Assembly (NCBI GenBank): GCA_964544295.1
Contig: CAZJBJ010000003.1
Span: 1-52,952 of the forward strand
DNA length: 52,952 bases
Origin: an uncultured Bifidobacteriaceae bacterium
GTDB taxonomy: Bacteria; Actinomycetota; Acidimicrobiia; IMCC26256; JAENVU01
Reading direction: 5' to 3'
Shown here: positions 25,773 to 35,995 of the stretch, piece after piece
Numbering within the stretch: the stretch's first letter is position 1
How the letters are laid out: each line of letters starts with the position of its first letter
Notes under the pieces: generated by a model
What the model was told of the DNA's origin: nothing
The model's input: only the letters and a program-made list of their open reading frames with translations
Databases searched by the model: none
Position numbers and translations under genes: made by a program

Positions 25773-27188
25773 ATGGCGCAGTCTCGGCATCGACGGATGG
25801 GTCCAGCCGCCATGGTGTGGCTCACGCTGGCCATGACCGGGATTGTCGTGACCACCGCCGTCACCTCGGGTGAGGCCGAGTTCCGCGCCCACCAAGCTGC
25901 CGCGCGTGCGTATCGGGCGGAGCACCCGTTCGCAACCTGGGACCCCGAGGTGGCCGCCGTGGCCCGCGAGGTCGAGGACATCCGAGGGGTCTCGTTTCGG
26001 CGGGTGGTCCCGGTCGTGACCCTCTCGCGACGTGCCTTCCTCGCGCGCGAGCAGCAACGCACTCGCACCAACCCGGACCACGACCGGTTTCTGCGCACGA
26101 TGGGGTTCGTCGGGGGTGCCGCCGGCGACCAGCATCGCGGGCCGACGACGGCGGAACTTCTGGCCGGGGTGTACGAGCCGGGAGCGGATCGCATCTACGT
26201 GGTCGCGCAGACCTCGCGCGCGGCTCGGCGAGTGATGCTCGCGCACGAGCTCACGCATGCGCTGCAATGGCAACGCCTGCCGATGAATCGGTACGTGCGG
26301 ATTGGCCGCGAGCTGGGAATCCCGGATGTGACGCGGGCTGTGATCGAAGGCGACGCCGAGCTGGTGGAGGCCGAGTACAGACGGCGGCACCCGACGACAC
26401 GGACCCGGGTTCGGGCGGGCTCGGCGAACGCCCTGCAGCCGATCACCTACGACGAATGGCAGTTCTACGAGCCGTACGCGTTGGGTATGGCGCTCGTGCG
26501 CACGCTGCGGCTGCCCGATCCTTCGAGTTTTCGACGTCCGTACCTGTATTCGCCGACCACCCAGCTCCCGCTCCTGGATCTCCGGCGAGTCGGTGACCCG
26601 CTCGATCCACCGTTTGTGGCAGTCCCACGTCGATCGGGCGAACGCAAGCGGGACCGGCCGATCTATCGCTTCGGGGCGCTCGACCTGTATCGCATGTTGG
26701 CGTACTCGATGACATCGAGCGCGGCGGCCGATGTCGCGCAGCGGTGGCAGGGTGGCTCGGTGCGCATCGGGCGATTGGACGGCGTCGAGTGCGTGGACAT
26801 CGCGGTCGCCGTGCGCCGGCGGGATCGAACGACGGTCAGGACGGCGCTCGAACAATGGGTCACCGATCATCCCGGCGCGCGGCTGGAGTCGGATCGGCTG
26901 CTCGTTCGCCGCTGTGATCCGGGGCCGACGGCGCCCGCCCCCGACCAACTGGTGCCCGGCCGGGCGCTCGCCTTCCTGGCCATCCGGAACGATGCCTGGG
27001 TCCGACTCCGGAGCGACGGTCACCCCCGAGCGATCGCGGACTGCGCCACCGATCGCTTGATCGCGACGGCGCCGTTTCGGCGGATCATCGAGGAATCCGC
27101 GCACCGGCGGGCCGCGACTCGTTCGATGGTCACGGAACTCCGCACCCGCGCTCGGGCCGAGGCCCGCGCGTGTCGTCATCGCGTGTGA
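25773..27188 (+). CDS. Exported putative zinc metallopeptidase (HExxH)
   Basis: N-terminal TM/signal; LAGVYEP, LAHELTHALQ, AVIEGDAELVE (HExxH with a downstream E), EPYALG. Confidence 0.7.
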   Translation: MAQSRHRRMGPAAMVWLTLAMTGIVVTTAVTSGEAEFRAHQAAARAYRAEHPFATWDPEVAAVAREVEDIRGVSFRRVVPVVTLSRRAFLAREQQRTRTNPDHDRFLRTMGFVGGAAGDQHRGPTTAELLAGVYEPGADRIYVVAQTSRAARRVMLAHELTHALQWQRLPMNRYVRIGRELGIPDVTRAVIEGDAELVEAEYRRRHPTTRTRVRAGSANALQPITYDEWQFYEPYALGMALVRTLRLPDPSSFRRPYLYSPTTQLPLLDLRRVGDPLDPPFVAVPRRSGERKRDRPIYRFGALDLYRMLAYSMTSSAAADVAQRWQGGSVRIGRLDGVECVDIAVAVRRRDRTTVRTALEQWVTDHPGARLESDRLLVRRCDPGPTAPAPDQLVPGRALAFLAIRNDAWVRLRSDGHPRAIADCATDRLIATAPFRRIIEESAHRRAATRSMVTELRTRARAEARACRHRV

Positions 27189-27245
27189 ACGACTGTTTCA
27201 GGCGGAGCCCTCGCGCCGTAGCGAACTGCAGCCCGACCCGGCGGC

Positions 27246-30200
27246 TCAGACGACGAAGTACTTGGCCTCGGGGTGCGGGACGATGATCGCGCTCGTGGTC
27301 TGCTCCGGTTCGAGCTGGAACTCGTCGGTCAGGGCCACGCCGATCTTGTCGACTTCGAGGAGTTCGACGAGCTTGGCCTGGTCGTCGAGATCCGGGCACG
27401 CTGGGTAGCCCCACGAGTACCTCGAGCCCCGGTACTTCTGGCGGAACAAACCGGCGAGGCTCGGGCCGTCCTCGTCCACGAATCCCCATTCGGTGCGGAT
27501 GCGCTGGTGCCACAGCTCGGCGAGCGCCTCGGTCATCTCGACCGAGAGTCCGTGGGTGAGGAGGTACTCCTGGTACCGGTTCTCGGCGAACAACTCGCGT
27601 TCGCGTTCACTCGCCGCCGAACCGACTGTGACCACGTGGAACCCGGCGTAGTCGGCGTCGCCGGAGTCGACGGACCGGAAGAAGTCCGCGATGCAGAGGA
27701 ACCGATCCTTCTGCTGGCGCGGGAAGTGGAAGCGGCAGCGCTCGGTCGTGCGGTCGTCGTCGGTCCAGACGACGAGGTCGTCGCCCTCGGCGTTGACGGG
27801 GAAGTAGCCCCACGCCACCGACGGCACCAACCACCCTTCGGACTTGGCCCGGTCGAGTTCGGCGCGCAGCGTGGCCCGGATGCGGGTCTTGAAGTCCTCG
27901 TCGGGCTCGCCGCTCTCCGGTCGGAACTGCCACTGGTTGCGGAACAGCGCGGTCTCGTTGATGAAGCCGGCGATCTCGTCGAGCGAGATCCCCTTCGCGA
28001 CCCGGGCGCCGAGGAACGGGGGAGTGAAGACGGTGGCGTCGGTGGCGACATCCGAGCGCGCCGGGATCGCGACCGGCTCGGTCACCTGCTCCGACCGACG
28101 CGGCGGCAACTTGCGACCGCCGGGCGCCCGTCCGAGGTCGGGGTCGATCGTGCCGGTCTTCTTCGCGGTCATGAGCGTGTCCATCGTGTGGAGTCCCTCG
28201 AACGCGTCCTTGCCGTAGAAGAGCCGACCCTCGTACACCTCGCGCAGGTCGACCTCGACGTAGTTGCGGGTCAGGGCGGCGCCACCGAGGAGTACCGGGG
28301 TCTCGGCCAGGCCCAACGAGTTCAACTCCTGCAGGTTCTCGCGCATGATGATCGTGCTCTTCACGAGCAGGCCGCTCATGCCGATCGCGTCGGCGTTCAC
28401 TTCCTTCGCCTTGTCGACGAAGCTCTGGAGCGGCGCCTTGATGCCGATGTTGTGGACCTCGTACCCGTTGTTCGTAAGGATGATGTCGACGAGGTTCTTG
28501 CCGATGTCGTGCACGTCGCCCTTGACGGTGCCGAGCACGACGATGCCCTTGCCGCCGGCGTCGTCCTTCTCGAGATGGGGCTCGAGGTAGGCGACGGCGG
28601 TCTTCATCGTCTCCGCGCTCTGCAGCACGAACGGCAACTGCATCTCGCCGCGCCCGAACAGTTCACCGACGACCTTCATGCCTTCGAGGAGCACGTCGTT
28701 GATGATCGACAACGGCGCCCGACCGCCGGTCATCGCTTCTTCGAGGTCGGCTTCGATGCCGTCGCGCTCGCCGTCGATGATGCGATGGGACAGCCGTTCC
28801 TCGATGGTCCAGCCCGAGCGGTCCTCCTGCTCGATCTCGCCGGCTTCGACCCCCTCGAACAGCGCCATGAGCTCGGTGAGCGGGTCGTAGCCGTCGCGCC
28901 GACGGTCGTAGATCAGATCGAGGGTGACCTCGCGGACGTGATCGTCGATCTTGTGCATCGGGATGATGCGCGCCGCGTGGGCGATTGCGGCGTCGAGTCC
29001 GGCCTCGCGACACTCGTGGAGGAACACGCTGTTGAGCACGTGGCGGATCGCCGGCTTCAGACCGAAGCTCACGTTGGAGAGTCCGAGCACCGTCGCCGAC
29101 CCCGGCAGTTCAGCTCGGGCGCGGCGGATGGCTTCGATGGTCTCGATGCCGTCCCGGCGGAGTTCGTCCTGACCCGATCCGAGCGGGAACGTGAGCATGT
29201 CGAAGAGGAGATCCGACGGGTCGATGCCGTACTTCTCGGTCGCGAGCGTGTAGATCCGCTTGCAGACGCGCAGCTTCCAGTCCGCGTCGCGGGCTTGGCC
29301 TTCCTCGTCGATCGCGAGACAGATCACGCCGGCGCCGAAGTCCCGCGCGAGCGTGAACACACGATCGAGACGCGAACCGGGATGTTCGCCGTCCTCGAGG
29401 TTGGCCGAGTTCAGGATGGCCTTGCCGCCCGAATGCTTCAGGCCGGTCTCCAGCACCTCCGGCTCGGTCGAGTCGAACACGAGCGGGAGTGCAGCTTGCG
29501 TCGCGAAGCGCGACGCGATCTGTTCCATGTCGACCGAGCCGTCGTGGCCGACGTAGTCGACGCACACGTCGAGCACGTGGGCGCCTTCCTTGACCTGGTC
29601 CTTCGCCATCTGGACGCAGGTGTCCCAGTCCTCGGCGAGCATCGCCTCGCGGAACTTCTTGGACCCGTTCGCGTTCGTGCGTTCGCCGATCGCGAGGTAG
29701 GCCAGCTCCTGGTGGTACGGGACGTGGCTGTAGATGCTCGAACATCCCGGCTCGTACTCGGGCGTCCGAGGCACCGGAGCCCGATCGTTGCCGAGCCGTT
29801 CGACGACCGCGGCGAGGTGGGCCGGGGTCGTGCCGCAACAGCCACCCACCACGTTGAGCCCGAACTCGGTCACGAACCGCTCGTGCGCGTCGGCCAGACC
29901 GTCGGTGGTGAGGTCGTAGTGGGTGTGACCGTCGACCACGGAAGGGAGGCCCGCGTTCGGGAGACACGACAGATAGGTGCGCGCGTGCTGCGCGAGGTAC
30001 CGGAGGTGTTCGGTCATCTCGACCGGACCCGTCGCGCAGTTCAGCCCGATCACGTCCGGGCGCAGCGCCTCCAATGCGGTGAGCGCAGCACCGATCTCGG
30101 ACCCGACGAGCATGCGGCCGGTGGTCTCCATGGTGACCTGCACCATCAGGGGCAGCTCCCGGCCGGCGTCGGCCATCGCCCGCCGACACGCCATGAGGGC

Positions 30201-30707
30201 CGCCTTGGCCTGGAGCAGGTCGTACACCGTCTCCACCAGCAGCACGTCGGCGCCCCCGGCGATCAACCCCGACGCCTGTTCCTGGTAGTCGGTGCGCAGT
30301 GCGTCGAAGGTGATCGCCCCCAGGCTCGGCAGCCGCGTGCCGGGCCCGATCGAACCGACGACCCACCGCGGCCGGTCGGGCGTGCTGTACTCCTCGGCCG
30401 CTTCCTTCGCGAGACGGGCCGCGGCGACGTTCATCTCGTACGCCCGGTCGGCCAGGCCGTACTCGGCGAGGACGAGCCCGAACGAGCCGAAGGTCGCGGT
30501 CTCCACCGCGTCGACCCCGACCGCGAAGTACTCGCTGTGCATCTGGCGGATCAGGTCGGGCCGCGTGAGCACCAAGTGCTCGTTGCAGCCTTCGAGGGCG
30601 TCGCCGCCGAAGTCGTCGGCCGTCAGATCCTGGCCCTGGACCCAGGTGCCGAACGCCCCGTCGAGAATCAGGACGCGTTCGGGCAAGGTGGCGAGAAAGG
30701 TGTGCAT
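27246..30707 (-). CDS. metH: Cobalamin-dependent methionine synthase
   Basis: LDGAFGT, GLNCATG, GGCCGT, IGERTNANGSK, GDVHDIGKN, RYSWGYPACP, HPEAKYF. Confidence 0.97.
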   Translation of the reverse strand: MHTFLATLPERVLILDGAFGTWVQGQDLTADDFGGDALEGCNEHLVLTRPDLIRQMHSEYFAVGVDAVETATFGSFGLVLAEYGLADRAYEMNVAAARLAKEAAEEYSTPDRPRWVVGSIGPGTRLPSLGAITFDALRTDYQEQASGLIAGGADVLLVETVYDLLQAKAALMACRRAMADAGRELPLMVQVTMETTGRMLVGSEIGAALTALEALRPDVIGLNCATGPVEMTEHLRYLAQHARTYLSCLPNAGLPSVVDGHTHYDLTTDGLADAHERFVTEFGLNVVGGCCGTTPAHLAAVVERLGNDRAPVPRTPEYEPGCSSIYSHVPYHQELAYLAIGERTNANGSKKFREAMLAEDWDTCVQMAKDQVKEGAHVLDVCVDYVGHDGSVDMEQIASRFATQAALPLVFDSTEPEVLETGLKHSGGKAILNSANLEDGEHPGSRLDRVFTLARDFGAGVICLAIDEEGQARDADWKLRVCKRIYTLATEKYGIDPSDLLFDMLTFPLGSGQDELRRDGIETIEAIRRARAELPGSATVLGLSNVSFGLKPAIRHVLNSVFLHECREAGLDAAIAHAARIIPMHKIDDHVREVTLDLIYDRRRDGYDPLTELMALFEGVEAGEIEQEDRSGWTIEERLSHRIIDGERDGIEADLEEAMTGGRAPLSIINDVLLEGMKVVGELFGRGEMQLPFVLQSAETMKTAVAYLEPHLEKDDAGGKGIVVLGTVKGDVHDIGKNLVDIILTNNGYEVHNIGIKAPLQSFVDKAKEVNADAIGMSGLLVKSTIIMRENLQELNSLGLAETPVLLGGAALTRNYVEVDLREVYEGRLFYGKDAFEGLHTMDTLMTAKKTGTIDPDLGRAPGGRKLPPRRSEQVTEPVAIPARSDVATDATVFTPPFLGARVAKGISLDEIAGFINETALFRNQWQFRPESGEPDEDFKTRIRATLRAELDRAKSEGWLVPSVAWGYFPVNAEGDDLVVWTDDDRTTERCRFHFPRQQKDRFLCIADFFRSVDSGDADYAGFHVVTVGSAASERERELFAENRYQEYLLTHGLSVEMTEALAELWHQRIRTEWGFVDEDGPSLAGLFRQKYRGSRYSWGYPACPDLDDQAKLVELLEVDKIGVALTDEFQLEPEQTTSAIIVPHPEAKYFVV

Positions 30708-30813
30708 GGAGCAGATCAGGTTATCGGGCGCGGCTCGGAAACCCGATGCCGTTCCCGTGGTGGGAAGGGTGCGCTCGGTCAAGAGCGACAGGCCGCCTCC
30801 TACACTGCCGGGC

Positions 30814-31470
30814 GTGACGGGGTCTGGTGCGGCAGCAACGCCGATTGGTCTGGCGCCGGGCGCGCCGTCGAACGCCGCCGGTCAGGATGCCCGCAAGTAT
30901 CAGTCGAACAATCCCGTCGTCGTGCGGCTCCTCGACCGGTGGCTCCACCACCTGGTCGACCTCGTTCCCGGTGACCCGGGGTGCGTCCTCGACGTCGGCG
31001 TGGGCGAAGGCTTCGCACTCGGGCGGATCCTCGCGGGGACCGCGGACTCGGCCCGGACCACCGTCGGGGTGGAGTATCGACTCGACAAGCTCCAGGTCGC
31101 CGCCGCCCGGGTCTCGGGACTTCGAGCCGTCCGCGCCGACGCGGGCATGTTGCCCTTCGCTGACGCGAGTGCCGACGTGACCCTGTGCACCGAGGTGCTG
31201 GAGCACCTGCCCCGGCCCGATGCCGCGGTCGAGGAACTGGCGCGCGTCACGCGAGGTGTGTGCCTCGTGTCGGTGCCCTGGGAGCCATGGTTCCGGCTCG
31301 GGAACCTGGCACGCGGCAAGAACATCTCCCGGTTCGGCAACGATCCCGAGCACGTGCAGCAGTTCTCCCACCGCGGTCTGTCGCGCTTACTCGGACAGTC
31401 GTTCGAGTCCGTCCGCGTCACTACCAGCTTTCCGTGGCTGGTCGGCGTGGCGTCCCGCACCGCGCGGTAG
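30814..31470 (+). CDS. Class I SAM-dependent methyltransferase
   Basis: VLDVGVGEG, LPFADAS.D..LCTEVLEHL, SVPWEPWF; TACACT -10 box 7 nt before GTG 30814. Confidence 0.85.
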   Translation: MTGSGAAATPIGLAPGAPSNAAGQDARKYQSNNPVVVRLLDRWLHHLVDLVPGDPGCVLDVGVGEGFALGRILAGTADSARTTVGVEYRLDKLQVAAARVSGLRAVRADAGMLPFADASADVTLCTEVLEHLPRPDAAVEELARVTRGVCLVSVPWEPWFRLGNLARGKNISRFGNDPEHVQQFSHRGLSRLLGQSFESVRVTTSFPWLVGVASRTAR

Positions 31471-32310
31471 TCCGTCGTCCGGCGCGGCGCGTCGCCGGGC
31501 CAGAGCGGCGAGTGCCATCGCCACCAGGACCTCCGCACCGGTGAAGGCGAGCCGCGACGCGACCGCGCCGGCCGCGATGAGCGACCGCGGTGCGGTGCCC
31601 GCGAGGAGCGAGCCGTACACGACCTCGCGGACGCCGGCGCCGCCCGGCGCGAAGATCACGACGAATCCCGCGGCCCAGGCCACGAGCCCAGCCGCGACCA
31701 CCGCCGCGACCGACGGTCCCGTGCCGACCGCCGCCTGGCCCGCGGCCGTCGCCAGTCCGTAGAGCAGCCAGCTCGGCACGAGCCACAGCATCGCCATCGC
31801 GGCGCGACCCGTCGTGATGGAGAAGCGGCGTCCTCCCCAGTGCACGAGCGCGAGGGCGACGCCCGGCGCGAGCACGGCTGTGAACAAGCGGCCGTCGACG
31901 GCGAGTCCGCCTGCCGCGCCGCCGACGCAGAGCGCGGTGGCCAGGAAGATCAATGCTTCGGCGACGACGGTGGCGAAGCGCTGGCTCGCCTGTCCGGGCA
32001 CCGCCGAGGCTCGGGCCATCGGCGCCCAGATCGCTCCGGGCAGGTACCGCAGCAGCTGACTGCGGGTCCAGGTGGCCGCCTGGACCAGCGCCGAGCCGTG
32101 CGGATTCAGCGCGACCCACGCCGCCGCGAAGCCCAGCCACGAGATCGAGAATGCGAGGGTGCTCAGGGCGAGCCAGCCCAGGCGGAGCTCGGCGAGATCG
32201 AGCCCGGACGCGGCGTCGACGATGACCGAGACCATCAAGGCGAGTGCAATCAGCACTCCCACGATCCAGAGAATCCGCAGCACCTGCTCTCGGCGGCGCG
32301 GTTCGGGCAC
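31387..32310 (-). CDS. Lysylphosphatidylglycerol-synthase TM / flippase-like membrane protein
   Basis: SQLLRYLPGAIW, AWAAGFVVIFAPGGAGVRE, ASRL motifs; TAGGGT box 7 nt before GTG. The 3' end overlaps the methyltransferase convergently. Confidence 0.78.
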   Translation of the reverse strand: MPEPRRREQVLRILWIVGVLIALALMVSVIVDAASGLDLAELRLGWLALSTLAFSISWLGFAAAWVALNPHGSALVQAATWTRSQLLRYLPGAIWAPMARASAVPGQASQRFATVVAEALIFLATALCVGGAAGGLAVDGRLFTAVLAPGVALALVHWGGRRFSITTGRAAMAMLWLVPSWLLYGLATAAGQAAVGTGPSVAAVVAAGLVAWAAGFVVIFAPGGAGVREVVYGSLLAGTAPRSLIAAGAVASRLAFTGAEVLVAMALAALARRRAAPDDGLPRGAGRHADQPRKAGSDADGLERLSE

Positions 32311-32383
32311 GGCGACCACCCTAGGTGACGACGTCGACCGTCGATGAGCGTCGGTTTCCCAGACCGGCAACTACGTTGCAGAG

Positions 32384-34285
32384 ATGGCGACCAGCGGAGG
32401 CGACGCACGGCTGGGTCGCGTCGCCCGCGGGGTGCTCGACCTCGGTCTGGTCGGCCTCTCTGCCACCGGTATCGCCGCGCTGCTGTTCCGGGTCTGGGAC
32501 CGAGGTCTGTCCGCGCCGTTCTACCGGGAGAGCGACGTCCAGATCATCAGCGCCATCGTCAAGACCATCGCCCGTCATGGCTGGTACCTGCACAACCCCG
32601 ACCTGGGGGCGCCGTTCGGCCAACAGTTCTACGACTTCCCCCACGGGGGCGAGACCCTGCAGCTCGCGGCGATACGCGTGCTCAGCCTGTTCACCGATCG
32701 CTTCGGCGTGATCATCAACGCCTATTTCCTGCTCGGTTTCGGGCTCCTGGCCGCGGTCACCTTCGCGGTGCTCCGGCACCTCCGGTTCTCACGTCCCATC
32801 GCATGGTCGGTCGCTCTGCTCTACACGTTCTTGCCGTATCACTTCGCCCACGGCGAGCAACATCTCTTCCGCTCGACCTACTTCAGCGCCCCGCTCGCGG
32901 CACTCCTGATGCTGTGGGTCTTGAGCTACCGCTCGACGTTTCTCCGGTCGCCCGATGTGGAACTCCGATCGTGGCGCGCGGTGCGGTCCGGTGTGCGCTG
33001 GCCGCGGGTGTGGCTCGCCGTGCTGCTCGGTGTGGTCATCGCGTTGACCGAGACCATGACGGTGGCGTTCACCCTGACCGCGCTGGTCGTCGCTTGTCTC
33101 CTCATCGCGATCCGCGATCGCAGCATCGTGCAGCTCGTGGCCGGCCTACTCGCGGCGGGTGTGATCGTGTTCGCGTTCGCGTTGGCGTTGTCGCCGAATC
33201 TCCTCAACGGGCTCGAGCACGGCGCGAACAAGGTCGCCGCCCGCCGGAACATCGGCGAGCAGGAGCTCTACGGCCTCCGCCTTTCGCAGATGGTGCTGCC
33301 GGATTCGCACCACCGGCTTCCGGCCGCGCGGCAACTCACGCGACGCACCAACGAGTACTCGCCCGTGAAGTCGGAGCCGGGCCAGGCGCTCGGACTGCTC
33401 GGCACTCTGGGATTCGTCGCGATGGTCACGACCGTGCTGCTGCGCGGCATTCCGAAGCGATCGACGGCACCGGTCACCGACCGGGACCAGCTCGTGCGGC
33501 ACGGCGGGCTGCTCGCGCTGATCCTCGTCCTCTTCGGCACGGTGTCGGGATTCGCGATCACCCTCGACCTGCTCGGCTTCACCCAGATCCGCGTCTGGAA
33601 TCGGGTGGTGGTGCTGATCGCCTTCTGGGCGTTCGTCACCTTGGCCATCGGGTTGGAACGCGCGAGCCACTGGCTCGCGGCGCGGACCCGACGGGCGACG
33701 GCCATCTCGGTCGCGGTCCTCGTCGTGCTCGTCGGCTTCAGCCTGTGGGACACGACCGGTCACCTCGCCCCGTCGGGGGATTCGAAGTTGATCGGCCCGG
33801 TCAAGGCCTTCGGCTCGGGGCTCGAACGGCGGTTGCCGCCCGGATCCTCACTGTTCCAGCTGCCGGTGGTCCCGTTCCCCGAGTGGCCGGACGTCAACGG
33901 GATGCTCGACTACGACGAGTTCCTGCCGTATCTCTGGTCCGACGGGCTCCGGTGGAGCTACGGATCGATCAAGGGCCGCCCGGAGGCGGACTGGCAGGCC
34001 CGCGTGGACTCGGATGACCCGTCGTCCGACCTTCCCGGTCTCGTCGGGCTCGGGTTCGCGGGCATCGTGGTGGACACGGCCGGGTACGCGGACGACGGCG
34101 CGGCGATCAGCGCGAAGTTGGACGCGGCGCTCGGCAGCCCGGCGGTCGTGAGCCCCGGCGGGCGCTGGAAGTTCTGGGACCTGCGCGATTACGCACGCAC
34201 CACCGGTCGCAGCGACGCCGAGCTGCGCACTGCGGCTCGCGGTCTGGTCGGCCCGCTGGTCGAACAGCTTCCGACGGCTCCGTGA
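32384..34285 (+). CDS. Multi-pass membrane protein, probable GT-C-like glycosyl/phosphoglycerol transferase
   Basis: Acidic first loop (RESD), GWYLHNPDLGAPFG..YDFP, LYTFLPYHF, QIRVWNR, QLPVVPFPE, LRWSYGSIKGR; lies among GT2, flippase and methyltransferase genes. Confidence 0.65.
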   Translation: MATSGGDARLGRVARGVLDLGLVGLSATGIAALLFRVWDRGLSAPFYRESDVQIISAIVKTIARHGWYLHNPDLGAPFGQQFYDFPHGGETLQLAAIRVLSLFTDRFGVIINAYFLLGFGLLAAVTFAVLRHLRFSRPIAWSVALLYTFLPYHFAHGEQHLFRSTYFSAPLAALLMLWVLSYRSTFLRSPDVELRSWRAVRSGVRWPRVWLAVLLGVVIALTETMTVAFTLTALVVACLLIAIRDRSIVQLVAGLLAAGVIVFAFALALSPNLLNGLEHGANKVAARRNIGEQELYGLRLSQMVLPDSHHRLPAARQLTRRTNEYSPVKSEPGQALGLLGTLGFVAMVTTVLLRGIPKRSTAPVTDRDQLVRHGGLLALILVLFGTVSGFAITLDLLGFTQIRVWNRVVVLIAFWAFVTLAIGLERASHWLAARTRRATAISVAVLVVLVGFSLWDTTGHLAPSGDSKLIGPVKAFGSGLERRLPPGSSLFQLPVVPFPEWPDVNGMLDYDEFLPYLWSDGLRWSYGSIKGRPEADWQARVDSDDPSSDLPGLVGLGFAGIVVDTAGYADDGAAISAKLDAALGSPAVVSPGGRWKFWDLRDYARTTGRSDAELRTAARGLVGPLVEQLPTAP

Positions 34286-34327
34286 TCCGCCGCGGCTCCC
34301 CGCGATCGGAGCGCAACGGACGGATCG

Positions 34328-35281
34328 TCAGTCTTCGGTGAGGGTCGTTTCCGCGTCCCGCCGGATGCGGCTGCTCCGATGCGAGAGCGACACGATGAGT
34401 TCCGCGACCAGCCCGAGCGAGATGAGTTGGACGCCGACGATGATGAACAGGACCCCGGCGATCAGCGCCGGGCGGCCACCGATGGCGGTACCGGCGAGCC
34501 ATTCGATCGAGAGCCACGTGAGGATGAGGAATCCGAACGCGCCCAGGGCACTCCCCAGGGAGCCGAGCAGGTGCAACGGTCGGTTCGTGTACGTGGTGAG
34601 GAACTTCACCGTCAGCAGGTCGAGGTAGCCGCGCCAGAAGCGGGCCCGGCCGAACTTGCTGGAGCCGGCCAGGCGGGACCGATGGTGCACCGGGACCTCG
34701 CCGACTCGGAACCCGGACCACGCAGCGAGCACCGGGATGTAGCGGTGGAGGTCGCCGTAGAGGTCGAGTGAGCGCGCGACTTCCATCTTCATCGCCTTGA
34801 AACCGCTGTTGAAGTCGTGACCGTCGACTCCGGTGAGCCGGCGGGTGGTCCAGTTGTAGAGACGCGACGTGTGGCGTTTGACGAAGCGGTCCTGGCGATC
34901 CTCCCGCATGCCGGTGACGAGATCGAGACCGTCGGCGATGGCGTCGAGCAGGCGCGGGATCTCGTGCGGGTCGTCCTGGCCGTCCGCGTCCATCAGCACG
35001 AGGATGTCCCCGGCGGCATCGTCGATACCGACCTGCAGCGCCGGCGACTTGCCCTGGTTGCGACGGAGCCGGATCACGCGGACACGCGGATCGCCGGCAC
35101 ACGTGCTGCGCACCACGGACTTCGTGCCGTCGGTGCTGCCGTCGTCGACGACGATCACCTCGGCATCGGTCGCCTTGTCGTCGAGCACCTGGAGCAACTC
35201 GATGAGGAACTCGCCGATGGACTCCGCCTCGTTGTAGGCCGGAATCAGGATCGAGACCTGGGGGGAAGGGCGATCGGGCAA
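34328..35281 (-). CDS. GT2 polyprenol-phosphate glycosyltransferase (DPM1/ArnC/GtrB-like)
   Basis: IPAYNE, VDDGSTDGT, RNQGK, MDADGQDDP, DFNSGFK, LHRYIP; two C-terminal TMs. Confidence 0.92.
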   Translation of the reverse strand: MPDRPSPQVSILIPAYNEAESIGEFLIELLQVLDDKATDAEVIVVDDGSTDGTKSVVRSTCAGDPRVRVIRLRRNQGKSPALQVGIDDAAGDILVLMDADGQDDPHEIPRLLDAIADGLDLVTGMREDRQDRFVKRHTSRLYNWTTRRLTGVDGHDFNSGFKAMKMEVARSLDLYGDLHRYIPVLAAWSGFRVGEVPVHHRSRLAGSSKFGRARFWRGYLDLLTVKFLTTYTNRPLHLLGSLGSALGAFGFLILTWLSIEWLAGTAIGGRPALIAGVLFIIVGVQLISLGLVAELIVSLSHRSSRIRRDAETTLTED

Positions 35282-35421
35282 GGACCCTCAGCATAGTGGT
35301 GGCATTCCCGGAACCCCCGGGCTCCGCGTTGCCGCGCCGGTTGGGTCGGCGGCCCGGCCCGGACCGCGGGCCGCTGCCATCTCACCTCTAAGCTGACCCG
35401 GATGCGCGGAGCGACTCGGTC

Positions 35422-35976
35422 ATGAAGGTCTACACGCGTACCGGCGACGACGGCACCACGGGCCTGTTCTTCGGCGGCCGGACCGACAAGGACGGGCCTG
35501 GTCCCACCGCGTACGGCACCACCGACGAAGCGGTCTCCGCCCTCGGGCTCGCCCGAGCCGAGACCCCGGCCGATTCGGAACTCGGCCAGATCCTGATCCG
35601 GCTCCAGCAGGAGCTCTTCGTCGTCGGCGCGGAACTCGCCACCGCCCCCGAGAACCGGCACAAGCTCGAACCCGGCAAGTACCTCGTCACCGAGGCGATG
35701 GTCACCGAACTCGAACCGCTCATCGACACGATCACCGAGCGGTTCGACCCGCCGCAGCAGTTCGTCCTGCCCGGTGAGGACCGCATCTCCGCGGCGCTCG
35801 ACGTCGCGCGCACCACGGTGCGGCGCGCGGAACGCGAATGTGTGACCGCCACCCGCGCCGGGTGGCTCGGGCCGGAGAGCTTCGTGGTCCCGTATCTGAA
35901 TCGCCTCGCCGACCTGTGCTGGACGCTCGGCCGGTGGCAGGAAGGGCAGTTCCGCGCCGCCCGCCCCAATCGTTGA
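35422..35976 (+). CDS. pduO: ATP:cob(I)alamin adenosyltransferase, PduO type
   Basis: KVYTRTGDDGTT, YGTTDE, FVLPG, ARTTVRRAER, YLNRLAD. Confidence 0.93.
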   Translation: MKVYTRTGDDGTTGLFFGGRTDKDGPGPTAYGTTDEAVSALGLARAETPADSELGQILIRLQQELFVVGAELATAPENRHKLEPGKYLVTEAMVTELEPLIDTITERFDPPQQFVLPGEDRISAALDVARTTVRRAERECVTATRAGWLGPESFVVPYLNRLADLCWTLGRWQEGQFRAARPNR

Positions 35977-35995
35977 ACCACCCCCTGGAGGAACT

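Noticed and set aside
27273-30974. 1233-aa plus-strand ORF and other long antisense ORFs (e.g. 7770-9911, 49585-51534, the 5' half of 17876-20896)
   Set aside because: Antisense shadows of metH, the acyltransferase, the mutase and lpdA. They arise from stop-codon scarcity at high GC3 and show no motifs.
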